A DNA stretch of 64,000 bases. Origin: a virus (lineage: Duplodnaviria > Caudoviricetes). The notes under the pieces are model-generated. The model searched no databases. It was not told the origin of the DNA and was given only the letters and a program-made list of their open reading frames with translations. The stretch lies in the IMG/VR virus record IMGVR_UViG_3300001528_000360, positions 32,001 to 96,000 of that record, one strand, 5' to 3'. Positions 30,663 to 43,394 of this stretch are shown here, in pieces (position 1 is the first letter of the stretch; each line of letters opens with the position of its first letter). The position numbers and the translations under genes were made by a program.

Positions 30663-32816
30663 TTACATACTTACTCTATCTTTAATCTCAGCATTCTTAG
30701 CATCATTATATCTTGTCTTACCATGAACTCGTGTGTAGCCGAGATATCCGTTCATCCTATCGATTTTAGTGATCAGATCACTTCCACACTTAGGACAAAT
30801 ATCCATATCAAGCTCTTCATGTCCACAATTTTCACAATATGCTAAACTAAGATTAATACCTTCATAAAAACCCTTATCCATTGCTCTACGAACAAGAGTT
30901 TTAATAGCTTCTTTATTATAAGATACTGGATATCTGCAATACTGAATCTTACCACCATTGAACAGATTCCAGAATCTTTCCTCATAATCCTGTTTCTGAA
31001 TAGGAGTAATATTCTCCCAAACACCACAATGGAAACTATTACTAACATATGGTCTATCAGAAACTTTATTAACAATACCATACTTTTTTCTAAATTGCTC
31101 AACCTGTAATCCAGCAAGAGATTCTGCCGGTGTTCCGTACACTGCGAAGAGTATATGGTCTTCTTGTTTAAATTCATTAATCTTTTTATTAATATACTCC
31201 ATAACTTCAAGAGCAAAACTACCATCTTCAATAATAGATTTACCATTATAAAGTTCCTGAAGTTCATTAAGAGCAGTAATTCCAAAACTCATGGTCATAG
31301 GAGCAAGTAAAGGACGAATCTTATCATCAGGTTTCAAATGACCACCATAGAAACCACCCTCGCAGAATCCAAGAGGATTCGTAGAAGCTTTCTTTTCTCC
31401 AAGGAAATCATAAGTCTTTTTATGTAATTTTCTAATAAGTTCAAGATAATAATCAAGAACTTCATAGAAATCTTTACTTTCTTGTCTAGCCTTAGCTAAA
31501 ATCATCGGTAAGTGTAAAGAAATAGCACCAAGGTTGAAGCGTCCTTCAAATACAGGAACATCATTTTCATCAGCAGGTTTCATTCCACCACGTTCATACC
31601 AAGGACTAAGGGAAGCTCTGCATCCCATTAGACTAATAACCTTACCATACTTCTTATAAATAGAGGGAATATAACCATTTCCTGTAAGACTAAGAAAATC
31701 AGGATACATCGCTTTACTACTACAATCAATACCAAGATCAAATAAGTACTCATAAGGAGCACCTTTACCATGTAAAGATTCATCATATAAGAATGTAAGT
31801 TTAGGGAACAATACGGGCTTCTTATGACCAGGAGCACCCTGTCCACCTTTTCTTACTTTGAGAATAGATTCAGTAGCCATAATACCAAATCTAGATGTAT
31901 CAATACCAAAACTAGTAGCAATAAAAGGATAGTCTCCTCTACTACTACCAACAGTATTAAATCGATATTCCCAACATTGGAAACCTTGATCAAAATCTCT
32001 TCTAACCTTTTTCTCAGCATATTTATCAGCTAATTCAACTTTACTTTCATAATCATCACAAACATCTTTAATGATATCCATATACTCATTAAAATATTTA
32101 TAATAACTTTTTTCAGCATAAGGAGCAAGAACAGAATCAATACGACTCAGGGTAAACCCGCCATATTGACATGCTGCAGCACTCATCGTAATATCACTAA
32201 TAACATCAAATGCAACATCTAATGTTTTAGGTTCCGTATACCATACGTTACCCATTTCAAAACCGCCTTTAATAACATTAGCTATGTCAAAAAGACAACA
32301 ATTGATCGCGTCGAGACGTGCAGATCTATCGTGAATATAAATATATCCATCCTTCATAGCAGAAAGTTCTTCAGTATTTAAGAAGAATTTTTTGTATAAA
32401 GCACTATTTAATTCATTATAAATAAGACTTCTCTGTGTAGGTACAAGAGCAGAATCCGTGTTAGCATTATCTCTATCACCAATATATCTGATAGATTGAG
32501 ATTTTTTATAGACTTTGTCCAACATATGAACAAAGTCCTGTTTATAATTCCTATAATCACGATAACTCTTCGCAATTTTAGGATTAAGTGAATCCAAAGC
32601 AGATTCAACCAAATTATGCATTTCAGCAATTGTTACATACTCTTTATTAGGAAGATTATCAATAACGTGTGTACATACAAAATCATAATCTTTATTGGTT
32701 AAAGTAATCATTACACGTTCAGCAGATTTTGTAATAGCATTTTTAATCTTTTCTACATTAAAATCTTGCTCAGTTCCATCTTTCTTTAAAACTTTAATCA
32801 TTTTAAAATCCTCCAA
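30663..32816 (-). CDS. nrdD: Anaerobic (class III) ribonucleoside-triphosphate reductase
   Basis: N-terminal ATP cone, YIHD, MGCR, TPAESL, CENC..CPKC, RMNGYLG glycyl-radical motif. Confidence 0.95.
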   Translation of the reverse strand: MEDFKMIKVLKKDGTEQDFNVEKIKNAITKSAERVMITLTNKDYDFVCTHVIDNLPNKEYVTIAEMHNLVESALDSLNPKIAKSYRDYRNYKQDFVHMLDKVYKKSQSIRYIGDRDNANTDSALVPTQRSLIYNELNSALYKKFFLNTEELSAMKDGYIYIHDRSARLDAINCCLFDIANVIKGGFEMGNVWYTEPKTLDVAFDVISDITMSAAACQYGGFTLSRIDSVLAPYAEKSYYKYFNEYMDIIKDVCDDYESKVELADKYAEKKVRRDFDQGFQCWEYRFNTVGSSRGDYPFIATSFGIDTSRFGIMATESILKVRKGGQGAPGHKKPVLFPKLTFLYDESLHGKGAPYEYLFDLGIDCSSKAMYPDFLSLTGNGYIPSIYKKYGKVISLMGCRASLSPWYERGGMKPADENDVPVFEGRFNLGAISLHLPMILAKARQESKDFYEVLDYYLELIRKLHKKTYDFLGEKKASTNPLGFCEGGFYGGHLKPDDKIRPLLAPMTMSFGITALNELQELYNGKSIIEDGSFALEVMEYINKKINEFKQEDHILFAVYGTPAESLAGLQVEQFRKKYGIVNKVSDRPYVSNSFHCGVWENITPIQKQDYEERFWNLFNGGKIQYCRYPVSYNKEAIKTLVRRAMDKGFYEGINLSLAYCENCGHEELDMDICPKCGSDLITKIDRMNGYLGYTRVHGKTRYNDAKNAEIKDRVSM

Positions 32817-32922
32817 ATTCTAAAAAATTTTTTGGTTAAGATATTGTTTTTTAGGTTCTTAAAGATAACAAAAATATGTCAGATGTAAGGAAAAACCTTA
32901 CATCTGACAAAAAAAATATAAA

Positions 32923-35771
32923 TTAATAGCTTTCTGAATTTTCATCATTACTCTTAGTCTTTTCTTCAGCTTTTTCTTGAATAAGTTCAATTTTAGCATC
33001 TTTAACAGCTTCTTCAGCCTTAGCCCAATCAAGCATAGGTAAGTACTGTTTAGCCAATGTTTTAAAGACTTTATCTTTGATCTTATTAGAATCTTGTGTC
33101 TGATCAGCATTTTCACCAGTAATGATTTTAATCATATAACTAACAACCTGATCTGTATTATTAAGAACATCGCCCATATTCATAGTGTTAAGAGTCTTAG
33201 GCGGATTAAATGTAAATACAAATTTTTCTATAACCTCTTCAGGAATAGAAATATTAGAATGTTTTAAAATTAATTTATATAGATCAGTTATAGAGGGATT
33301 AAGATCCATCTGATATGAAATGACACGTCCAACAAACTTACTATTAGCCATAGTAAGAGTTTTAGCAAAGTCAACTTCATTAATATAATTCATAATAACC
33401 GATGGGACCAAATATCTTCATATAGGGTCGTTACTCCTATACCGTCCTAAAGAATAGGACTGCTCTAGCTTTCACTAGAAGTTGAGACTATATCTTCATC
33501 CTTAATAATAAGGAGCCTTCCATTTCCACTCACTTGAGTGTACTCTACTCACTTAATGAATCTCTATTGTATAAAGATCATTGTTTTCGATAGTCGTTGA
33601 ACCTTTCTTATATAAAGACATATAAGGCTTGGATGCTGATTGTCTACAAAAAATGTAGAGTTCCCAGCATTTAAGAAGGGTTTTAAATACACATTACTGT
33701 GTATTCTGGCATATTTTTACCAGTTCCAGAAATCATGTTATTACGAAGCATTTCCATGAGGTCAGTATTAAGAGGAATATCCTGTCCTTGCAGAATATCA
33801 AATTCAATACCACGCTCGCCACTACGTCCAACCAAAAATGTTCATATGAGTTCGTTAATCTCACACCGTTCAATAAAGAACTGCTCTATATTTCTATAGA
33901 GACCAGACTATATCTTCATCCTTTATTAAGGAGCTCTCCATTTCCATCCACTTGGATGTACTAATAGTCGTTGAACCTTACTCATTAAGAGTCTTGGCTG
34001 CTGATTATCTATTAAAGACTTTCCAGCAATTAAGAGAGTGCTTTTGTATATATCACTATATACAATCCCCATTGGACAGTTTAGGGATAAATATTTCCTT
34101 ATAAGCACCAATCTTTGAAATGATTGAGTTATAGTTTAAAAGGTCCATAAAGTTGATTTGCCTACCTTTCACGGAACGCGCAACTTCTTGAACCTTGTTT
34201 GTAATGTTAGCGTCCATACCAGAATTCTTTACATAGTAAATTCTCTGGTCATTTGATCTACTAACAATAGATACAAGTTTGAAAATAAGTAATGCTAAAT
34301 AAAGTTTAGCATAGAATAATGCCTTAGAAAGAACAGACTGACCATTACCCTCTGCATCTTCATTGACTTTAAATTCAATGATATAATCTGCAGGAATAAA
34401 CTGGAACTTAATCTGCTTTTCATAAAGATTATTATACAATAAAGCATTGAAAATTAAATCTTTAAATTTAGCATTATCATCAAGGAATTTCTTATCAAAA
34501 GATTTAATAATTTTATCAGTAACTTTTCCAAGGAACATAGTTTCTACATCCTCAGTATTTTGATACTGTTGACCAGAAGTCATATTAGTTACTTTGATCG
34601 TTGTAGAGAACGGGGACTTATTCACTTGGAAATCTGTGTCATGAATATAATAATAACCGATAGTAGTATCAAGAATCTTAACAGGAATAATTTTCTTAGG
34701 CTCAATATATTTGATATAGCAATCAGTTATATCATCAAACTTATTCTTACCCTTAGATTTTCCTTCCTTAATATCTAATGTACCATCCGTAGAAGGACCA
34801 TATTTCTTAATGGTTTCATCTCTCTTCTTACGGAAAGCATCATTATCAATTAATTCGTCAAGATTAACTCCTTCAATTAAAGGAATAGATACTACATCAT
34901 TAATAACTGAAATATTAGAAGTATACTCCTTAGTAATTTCAGCTAATTTACTAGGATTAATATCTTTTTCAATAGTTTTACCTTCTTTAGTGGAAGATTC
35001 TAAAGAAATTTTCATATTCTTATCATTAAACTCTTTATTTAATTCTTTAACAAAATCTTCATCAATACTTTCACTAATAGGACTTGTAGTAAATCTATTT
35101 TTAATTTTTCTGTCATATTGCTCTTGGAATAATTTGGAATACGGACAGCAATATACATAATATGTACCATAACGAAGTACATTCGGAATGATCATATTTT
35201 TAATTTTAATTAAGAGTTTTAATCTATTTTCAATTTCCCTAACAGTAGCAATATAATTTTCAGTATCTTGATCATTAGACATATTTTCAAAATTAAGTGT
35301 TCTTGATACTGTAGTGGAAATATCATCAGATGTTACGATAGCATCTCTTGTAGTCATGATTGCTTCTTCAAGTTCAAATAACTGAGAAGAAATCATTTCT
35401 AAGTCTTCATATAATAAACTCTTATTCTGATATCTTTGCTGGAAAAATTCAAATAAACCAGCAGTATCATTTTCAAAGATATCATTTAATGTTTTAGCAT
35501 TAGTAGTATCTTTATTATCGAAGTCATTGAATAACTTAACAAGAAATGTTGACATATCATCTGAAGTAATACTCTTTGTATTAGTTAATTCAGCATTGAT
35601 AATTTTATCAACATTTTGATTTAATCTCTGAAGTTCTACACTATGTTGATCACTAATACCAGTAATTGTAGTAGAAAGCTTTGTAATAGATTGATTAAAA
35701 GCATCATTCAATTCTATTAAATCTTTCTTAGTTTTTTCAATATTATTAGCTTTCTCTTTACTTGTTGCCAT
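32923..35771 (-). CDS. Portal protein; complement(join(32923..33408,33719..33832,34083..35771)), ~762 aa
   Basis: YGTYYV, GQSVL..ALFYAKLY, R..QRIYYV. Splicing restores IFIP|VGRSGERGIEFDILQG and SGTG|VPS; late promoter at 35819-35830. Confidence 0.75.
33409..33718 (-). mobile_element. Group I intron 2 of portal (310 nt)
   Basis: P/Q/R/S on the minus strand; P1 CUGGU pairs with GCCAG; terminal G. Confidence 0.88.
33833..34082 (-). mobile_element. Group I intron 1 of portal (250 nt)
   Basis: P1 AUCCCU/GGGGAU, P10 GUCCAAU/GUUGGAC, P/Q/R/S elements. Confidence 0.9.
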
Positions 35772-35894
35772 ATATGTATCACAACCTTTCATAGTTGGAC
35801 TTTATACATTTTAAGTCTTATTAAAATGTTTCGTAGCTTATTTTAAACAAAAAAATAGAGACTATAGGTTTTCCCTATAGTCTCTCTTTATTAT

Positions 35895-36560
35895 TTACAT
35901 ATATAAGCAAGTATACTTATGATAACTAATACAAGAACCTCGTTCAATCTTAACACCAAGATGGAAAAGCTTCTTGTCATCAGGATTATCAAAGAAGAAT
36001 AAGTACATTACATGGGACTTCTTTAATCCAGGAGCAATCTCCTTAGTAATCCTAGTTCTATACTTATCTTCAGCAATATTAATAAACTCATTGCCAACAA
36101 GCTTTTCAACAGAGTCCTTTGTCAGCATCATAGAATTTTCCATATAGGAACCATTCATATCAGAATTAATAAATGCCTTAGCATTATTCAATTCTTCAAT
36201 AGTATTAATTCCGGAATGGAATTCACCAATGAGAATATCTTCTTCAAGATTTTCTCCACTAAGATATACTTTATGATCTTCATCTACTTTAATATACTGA
36301 AGATTCTTCTTATTCTTACTTACTGCAGTAAAAATATTCTGAGGAATCAACTTCAATAATGTCTCAGCATTATTATCAATAACAGGGAAATCAAAATACC
36401 AAATAAACTCAGTAATTCCAAAATGCTTTCCCTTATTAAGCTTACTATCACCAAAGATATAACCATCCTTAGTAAGATAATACTCATTATAAATATTTTT
36501 CAGTTCTTGGTTTAAATCATGTAGTTTATTAATTTCTCCCTTTTTAAGTTCGTACTTCAT
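35895..36560 (-). CDS. Hypothetical protein following PolB-N
   Basis: AAGGAG RBS; 221 aa. Confidence 0.75.
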   Translation of the reverse strand: MKYELKKGEINKLHDLNQELKNIYNEYYLTKDGYIFGDSKLNKGKHFGITEFIWYFDFPVIDNNAETLLKLIPQNIFTAVSKNKKNLQYIKVDEDHKVYLSGENLEEDILIGEFHSGINTIEELNNAKAFINSDMNGSYMENSMMLTKDSVEKLVGNEFINIAEDKYRTRITKEIAPGLKKSHVMYLFFFDNPDDKKLFHLGVKIERGSCISYHKYTCLYM

Positions 36561-36572
36561 AACATTTTCTCC

Positions 36573-39135
36573 TTAATCCTTATTTATATTAATATTGACC
36601 TGGTCAATAAAATATTTAATAAAATTAGAAATAGAATGTCTTCTACGAGGTTTAATTTTAAATCTCTCCTTCATCAACTCATTTACTTCATTAACATCAG
36701 GAAGATTAAACCATTTAGTACCCATAGATAAAATATCTCCGGTAAGATAATTATCTAAGAAATCTTTTCCTGAATCATAACCAATATTAAATTCTTTATC
36801 TTCTTCTTCAGCATCTTCATCATAGACAATATCTACAATTTCATCACTAACAAAGAAATGATCATATCTATCTTCAGTAAATTCTGGAATAATTATTTTA
36901 GAAATCATTGTATGTCGTTCAATATTAAATGCAATAATAATATGTGGGTACATCGCACTAAAATCCATATCAATAACATTACTAAATGCATACATTGAAC
37001 GTTTTCCAAATAATTTAATTCCAGTATGTGAATTCAAAAGTGGGTTACCAACTCATTGATGTTCAGATAGATCCGTTACTTCTATCCCGTCTATTAAGAC
37101 TGCTTTATATCTCTATAAAGATCAGACTATATCTTCATCTTTATTTAAGATGCTCTCCATTTCTACTCACTTGAGTATACAAATTAGTCGTTGAACCTTA
37201 CTCTTTCGAGTCTTGGCTGCTGATTATCTCAAAGAGACTTTCCAGCAATTAAGAGAGTTTTTAATATCATATTACTATAATATGCACCTGTTATTTAAGC
37301 GCTCCAGTAAACCCTTCACTTTTAGTAGTACTAAAGATATTTACATTATTACCTAAAATATTTCCTTGCAAAAAGTATTCATAATAAGCACGTGATTTTA
37401 ACATCATTTAATGTTCATATAAGATCGTTAATCTCATACCGTTCATTTAAGAACTGCTCTATATTAACTATAGAGATCAGACTATATCATCATCTTATTT
37501 AAGATGCTCTCTATTTCCATTCACTTGAATGTACTAATAGTCGTTGAACCTTCCTTATTATAAGGCTTGGCTGCTGATTATCTTATAAGAGACTTTCCAG
37601 CAATTAAGAGAGTTTTTAATATCATATATCACTATATGTATGGTCAGTTATTTTAACCGTCTGTTTGAACACTTTATCTACATCACAAATATTTGCAGAT
37701 GATCTAAGATAAAGATTATCAATATCATGTGCTTTTCTTTCTATGCCCATTTGAAGAAGAACGTCTTTTATATTATATTTCACAAACTTACGATAATTAA
37801 CATATGGTAAAGTTTTGATATTTGCTTCATCTGAGTAATCGAGTTTCTTGTCACCCAGCTCAGCTTCACCAATGGCATTTAAGCTATTAGATCGTAATTC
37901 ACTTTGACCTTTACGAGTTGCTGCATAAAGGATCATTTGGTCTATATATTTAGTATATGAAGATACTTTAAAGAAACTTCCTTTATTTGCAATTTGGAAA
38001 TTTCTTTCATCTTCATGTAATTTACACATTTTATATTTGAAATCTTTATGACAAATAATTTCAAAAGGATCTAAATCCAAAACATTCATTCTGTTAAGAA
38101 TATATGGAAGGTCGACATTATGTTCATATAAGATCGTTACTCTTATATCGTTCATTTAAGAACTGCTCTATATCACTATAAAGATCAGACTATATCTTCA
38201 ACTTATTTAAGTTGCTCTCCATTTCCATTCACTTGAATGTACAATTAGTCGTTGAACCTTACTCTTTAAGAGTCTTGGCTGCTGATTATCTTATAAAGAC
38301 TTTCCAGCAATTAAGAGAGTTTTATGTGAGCTCATTTTAACCCACAGCCATTCCATATCAAGCAATAATCACGTTTGAGAGTATTAATTAATTTAAACAT
38401 ATCTGTTATAAGTTTTCTTTCATCATCATACATATAAATATAATATGAAAGAACACCATATGACTCATCAAATGCTTCATGCAACTCATTTGTAAAATTA
38501 TCAATATCATTTACAAACTCATTAATCAAAGGATTATCAGGATTATTTAATAAGAAAGTGTATACTGAGTTTGTAATATCATCTACAATTGTTACTGCAT
38601 TAATTGGACAAGAGCCATCTCGTACAAATCCTACAGCATCAATTGTATCAACCTCTATATCTAGATATGTCTTTGTAAGAGGTTTTAATTTTTCATTTTC
38701 ATATTCTAACATCCATTGAGTTCTATAAAATACATCAATAGGAATATCAGAACCAAAGACATATGGATAAGAATGAATCTTGTTAATATCAGAATATCTT
38801 CCACTTTCGATTAATCGCTTTAATTCATTTACATACTCAGGACCAGCCTGTTCTGCAATATACCAAGGAAGTTTCTTATATTCACAAGTATGTTTATCAC
38901 ACTTATCAATTTCCATGAAATTTTTATTATATTTAAAATTTCGATACTCATCTTTCACAAAATAAATATCAATAGTAGGATTTTCAATACTCTTAACATG
39001 TTTCTCCTCACTATCAATATCTTTGTATATAACATCTAAACAATCAATTCTATCATTTTCTTTTCTAGGGGGATGATAAAGAATATCAAGTAACATGATA
39101 TTTTCTTTATCAATATTTTCTTTCAAAAATTTCAT
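36573..39135 (-). CDS. Split family-B DNA polymerase, N-terminal subunit (3'-5' exonuclease plus motif A); complement(join(36573..37053,37298..37404,37655..38115,38340..39135)), ~614 aa
   Basis: ExoI YLDIEVD, ExoII WNGCGFDLPY rebuilt across intron 1, ExoIII YNIKD, GALVGNP across intron 3, motif A DMDFSAMYP. Confidence 0.88.
37054..37297 (-). mobile_element. Group I intron 3 of PolB-N (244 nt)
   Basis: P/Q/R/S; P1 GCGCU/GGUGC; terminal G. Confidence 0.88.
37405..37654 (-). mobile_element. Group I intron 2 of PolB-N (250 nt)
   Basis: P/Q/R/S; splicing gives KQTV|MLKSRAY in frame. Confidence 0.85.
38116..38339 (-). mobile_element. Group I intron 1 of PolB-N (224 nt)
   Basis: P1 UGUGGGU/GCUCACA; P/Q/R/S; splits the Phe codon of ExoII. 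Confidence 0.9.
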
Positions 39136-39253
39136 TGCAAATTCCTCCTCTTTAAGAATTGTTAATCTGCATATACAACTATAATATATATTTCAAAATG
39201 ATGTTAAAAAATATCACTAGATGGAATTTAACCATCTAGTGATATTTATTTAA

Positions 39254-39724
39254 TTACTTATCGGACTTATTGAACTCATCCTTGGAACGCTCAGCAGCCT
39301 TCTTAATAAGAGTAGCACTGGACTTATTAGCAGAAGCAGAAACAGCTTTCTTAGCACGACGAGCGGCCTCAGCACCATACTTCTTATAAAGATAATCCTC
39401 AAGATAACGCTCCATCTTCCAAACAGTCAGAAGCTTCTTAAACTTAGGATCATTCTTCTCCTTGGCAATGGTGAAAGTAGCCATCTTGGTAGCACGAGAA
39501 AGCTTAGCCTTCTTATCGAGACGAACAATCGTCTTCTCCATAAGAATATTATTGCTAACAGCATCGTCAACCTCAGTCTTATTCTCAAGGAACATAGACT
39601 TTTCCTCGGGAGTGAACTCATCATTGATAAAGGCTTCCATGATGTACTGAGTAGCCTCAGTGCTGATCACGTCCTCGGTAACATTCTCAATATCGCCCTT
39701 TTTGTTAAATAACATATGGGACAC
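39254..39724 (-). CDS. Small late (probably virion) protein
   Basis: High codon bias; late promoter at 39747-39758; own terminator at ~39214-39244. Confidence 0.7.
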   Translation of the reverse strand: MSHMLFNKKGDIENVTEDVISTEATQYIMEAFINDEFTPEEKSMFLENKTEVDDAVSNNILMEKTIVRLDKKAKLSRATKMATFTIAKEKNDPKFKKLLTVWKMERYLEDYLYKKYGAEAARRAKKAVSASANKSSATLIKKAAERSKDEFNKSDK

Positions 39725-39864
39725 ATCCTTTCTTATAAAAGTATTTTATAGAATTGTTTTATTTATAAATAAAATTGTATTAGAGAATGATTTATCGTAT
39801 TGAAAAGATATCTTTGATTTAACATATACAGTAAAAACTAATTATACTCAAAAATCTTTTGAAG

Positions 39865-39874
39865 TATATATTAT
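39865..39874 (+). promoter_or_regulatory. Putative early promoter TATATATTAT (representative). Also at 44109, 51215 on +, and 2409-2418, 18119-18128, 25051-25060, 29518-29527, 39181-39190, 60553-60562, 62914-62923 on -
   Basis: 10-mer at operon starts of replication and accessory genes, correctly oriented; resembles the phiKZ early motif TATATTAC. Confidence 0.65.
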
Positions 39875-39889
39875 ATTATTGTATAGAAA

Positions 39890-42088
39890 ATGAAAGACGG
39901 TGATTATATGATTAATTCAGATAGTTACATCTTTTTAAAAAGATGGAAGAAAGAAAATCGTAAAATTCTTCAAAGGTTATATCCTGAAATTTCTAAGAAA
40001 GATATTAATTCTTTCTTAGATGATATTATTAATGAAAGAATCAAGAATCCAAAGGTGATTCTTGATAATAATTATATTGGAAAACAGATTAATACGAATC
40101 TGTTAGATACAACAAATTGGATTCATAATACAGATCCAATATGTGCTGGTCATGGTGTTTTATTTAAGAACCAGCATCAGGTTATAAATCCATTGGCTAT
40201 AATGATTCAAAAATTCTTAACTTCTCGTAAGAAGTTTAAAGGACAGCTTAAATTTATTAAAGATAAGACATCATATGAATATCAAACATTCGATAGAAAA
40301 CAGTTATCAGAAAAGATTTGTGCTAACTCAATATATGGTACGTTTGGTAATGTGGTTTCGTTTCTGTTTAATATGTATACAGCTCCCTCTGTAACTGGTT
40401 CTGGTCAGTCATTAATCAGTACAACAGAACAGGCATTTGAATCATTCTTAGCAAATAACTCTTTATTTAATAATATTAATGAGTGTTTTACATTTATGAA
40501 TAATGTATTGAATGAAGAGTATACCGTTGATTCTACATTCTTAAAAGATGTAGAAATTGAGAAAGTATTTACTAGATTAGTAAATACTTTTTATAATTAT
40601 CAAGATTCTTATACTGATATTTTAACATCATTCTTAGAAACTCTTAGTCAAGATGAACTTAATAAGATTTATTATAAGAATAATATTTATGAGTTCTCTA
40701 TGCATCAAGAGATTCTAAGTTTATTAACTAATATTGTTAGAAATACAGAGGAATTTAAAGATCCGAATAAAGTTCCTGAATCTAGTAAAGAGTATCTAGA
40801 GGAACTTTGGAAATATTATAGTCAGTTTGTATTATATAATCATTCTCCGATTAATCGTATTCAGAGATTAAAGAACGATAGACGTAAAGTAGTTCTTACA
40901 ATTGATACAGACTCAAACTTCTTAAATCTCAATCCTTGGGTTGAGTTTATGTTTAATAATATTATTAATAATGATTATACTTGTGAAGGACGAGACGAAG
41001 ATTCTCTTAAATTTATTGCAGTTAATACTATGGCATTTTGTATTACTAATATGATGAAAGAAGTTCTTTGGAGATATACAAAAGATGCAAATATTCCAGA
41101 GGATTATAGATCTTTCATTAATATTAAGAATGAGTTCCTTATGTCAAGAGTTGTATTAGCTAGTAAAAAGAAAAGATATTTCAGCTCCATTCGTTTAAGA
41201 GAGGGAGATGAAATCTGGCCGGAGAAATTAGATATCAAGGGTTTGAATATAGGCTCATGGTTCCTTAATTGCTGGAAAATCTATATAGATAATCAGCAGC
41301 CAAGACTCTTATATAAGAGTAAGGTTCAACGACTAGTCACAATGACGTACATTCAAGTGAATGGAAATGGGAAACCATCAATTATATATTGATGAAGATA
41401 TAGTCTCATCTCTATGGAGACATAGAGCAGTTCTTAAAAAAGAACGGCGAGAAAGTAACGAATTCTCGTGAAGAATTTGCATGATTTCATGAAATCTACG
41501 GCCACAAAAGAAACTCAAGACAAGTATAAGGATATTATTAAGAAAAGAATTATTAATACAAAAGATATTGATGTAGTAAAAATCTTAAATGATATTGAAG
41601 ATTTTGAAAATGAGATATTACAATCACTTCATAATGGTGAAAAAAAATATTTAATTCCTAACTCTGTAAAAGAGTTAGAAGCATATAGTGAACCGTTAAG
41701 AATGCAAGGTGTACGTGCAGTTATTGCATGGAATTATATATATCCTGATATGGAGATTCAACTTCCTACTAAAGTTGATTTGGTAAAAGTTAATTTAACA
41801 GAAGAAAAGAATTTAATGAAATTGAAAAATGATTATCCTGATGTATATAAAATAGTTAATGAAAAGATTTTAAATAATCCAGATAAGAGAATTTCTGATA
41901 AAGGTTTAGCAATTATTGCAATTCCTAGAAATATTGATAAGATTCCTGAATGGATTATACCATTTATTGATTATGATACAATTGCATATAACGTATTAAA
42001 TAAATTTTATCCTGTATTAGAATCTTTAGGCTTAGATACTATTAAGACCTCTAAGAAAGAGTATTTCAGTAACATTTTAAGTATTTAA
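39890..42088 (+). CDS. Split family-B DNA polymerase, C-terminal subunit (motifs B, C, thumb); join(39890..41242,41480..42088)
   Basis: KICANSIYG (motif B), TIDTDS (motif C), KKRY, DIKG|HDFMKS across the intron. Confidence 0.9.
41243..41479 (+). mobile_element. Group I intron of PolB-C (237 nt)
   Basis: P/Q/R/S elements; U|..G boundaries restore the frame. Confidence 0.88.
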
Positions 42089-42092
42089 AAAT

Positions 42093-42752
42093 ATGGAGGA
42101 GAAAATTATGGCAATTATTCAGGTAAATTTGGAAGTTAATGATGAGCAGTTTAAGCAGTTAGTTGTTGGAAATATTAATGATCTTCCTAAAGATAAGATG
42201 GAAGAACTCTTATTGAAAGCTGTTGAAGCCGCTTTACTGTATGATAGACAAACATCATACAGTAATGGTAATATTCTTGTCAAAAAAGAAGATCCAAATA
42301 ATCCATATTATTCAAATCTTGTTCCTACTGAACTTATGAAACAGGTAATGAAAAATATTGACACTGAAAAATATTTTGGTCCCATTGCTGAAGAAATTGC
42401 TACTTATATGAGAGATAACTATAAAGATATTATTCAAAATTATATGATTGAATCTATTACTAATTTATTATTTACTGATAATAATAAATACGATATTCAA
42501 AGAGCAATCCAAAATGCTATTAGTAATATGAATAGATATAAATGAGGTGAATTTATGGCTCAATGGTGTGATAAATGTATCAATTGTAATAAACATGGTG
42601 CATTAGTTAATTACGGTATCGTATTTGCATGTGATGAACCTGAATGTAATTATGAGCCTATTCCTACTAGCTATACAACAACTTCTACATCAACAAATTG
42701 TGATGGAGCAGCAGTTCTTACAACAGCAAGTACATTACCAAATGTTAAATAA
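42093..42752 (+). CDS. Two hypothetical proteins (42093..42545; 42555..42752, Cys-rich)
   Basis: ORF track and RBSs. Confidence 0.6.
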
Positions 42753-42769
42753 TTATAGGAGAAATTTAA

Positions 42770-43390
42770 ATGAGTAAGACATTTAAAATTGATAAAGATC
42801 CTTGTGATCTTGGTTATAATATTTATGAAAAAAGTAGTATTACTTTAAATCCTGGTGTTACCATTCTTGTTGGCTGTAATGGTAGTGGAAAAACCACATT
42901 GATTAAAATGATCAAGGAGCAATTAAGAAAAGATAATATTGAATATGTTTCATTTGATAATCTTACAGAGGGTGGATCTAATGCAAAAAGTGAAAGAGTA
43001 TTTCATGGAGATTTACAGACTCTTGCATCATTAGTATGCTCATCTGAAGGTGAAGCTATCATTACTAATATTGGAACATGTGCAAGAAAGATTGGAAATT
43101 TTGTAAGAAATCACAGAGATCTTAATGAGTATTGGTTCTTCTTTGATGCCATTGATTCTGGTACAAGTATTGATAATATCATTGATATCAAGAAATATCT
43201 ATTTGATACTATTTTAGAAGATACTAAAGGTAAAGATACATATATTATTGTATCTGCTAATAGTTATGAGATGGCATCTGGAGAACTTTGTTTGGATGTT
43301 ATTTCTTGCAGTAATAAAACTTTTAGATCTTATAATGAGTATAAGGACTTTATTTTAGAAACTAAAGAAAAGAAGAATAATAGAGGTTAG
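42770..43390 (+). CDS. ABC/AAA-type P-loop ATPase
   Basis: GCNGSGKTT, SSEGE signature, FFFDAIDSG. Confidence 0.8.
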   Translation: MSKTFKIDKDPCDLGYNIYEKSSITLNPGVTILVGCNGSGKTTLIKMIKEQLRKDNIEYVSFDNLTEGGSNAKSERVFHGDLQTLASLVCSSEGEAIITNIGTCARKIGNFVRNHRDLNEYWFFFDAIDSGTSIDNIIDIKKYLFDTILEDTKGKDTYIIVSANSYEMASGELCLDVISCSNKTFRSYNEYKDFILETKEKKNNRG

Positions 43391-43394
43391 TACT

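Noticed and set aside
30663-32816. Intron or intein in nrdD
   Set aside because: The ORF is continuous, of normal length, and has no intron core motifs
33926-34111. Short ORFs inside introns (also 53632..53889, 13541..13762, 33699..33899)
   Set aside because: Chance frames across ribozyme sequence and exon edges
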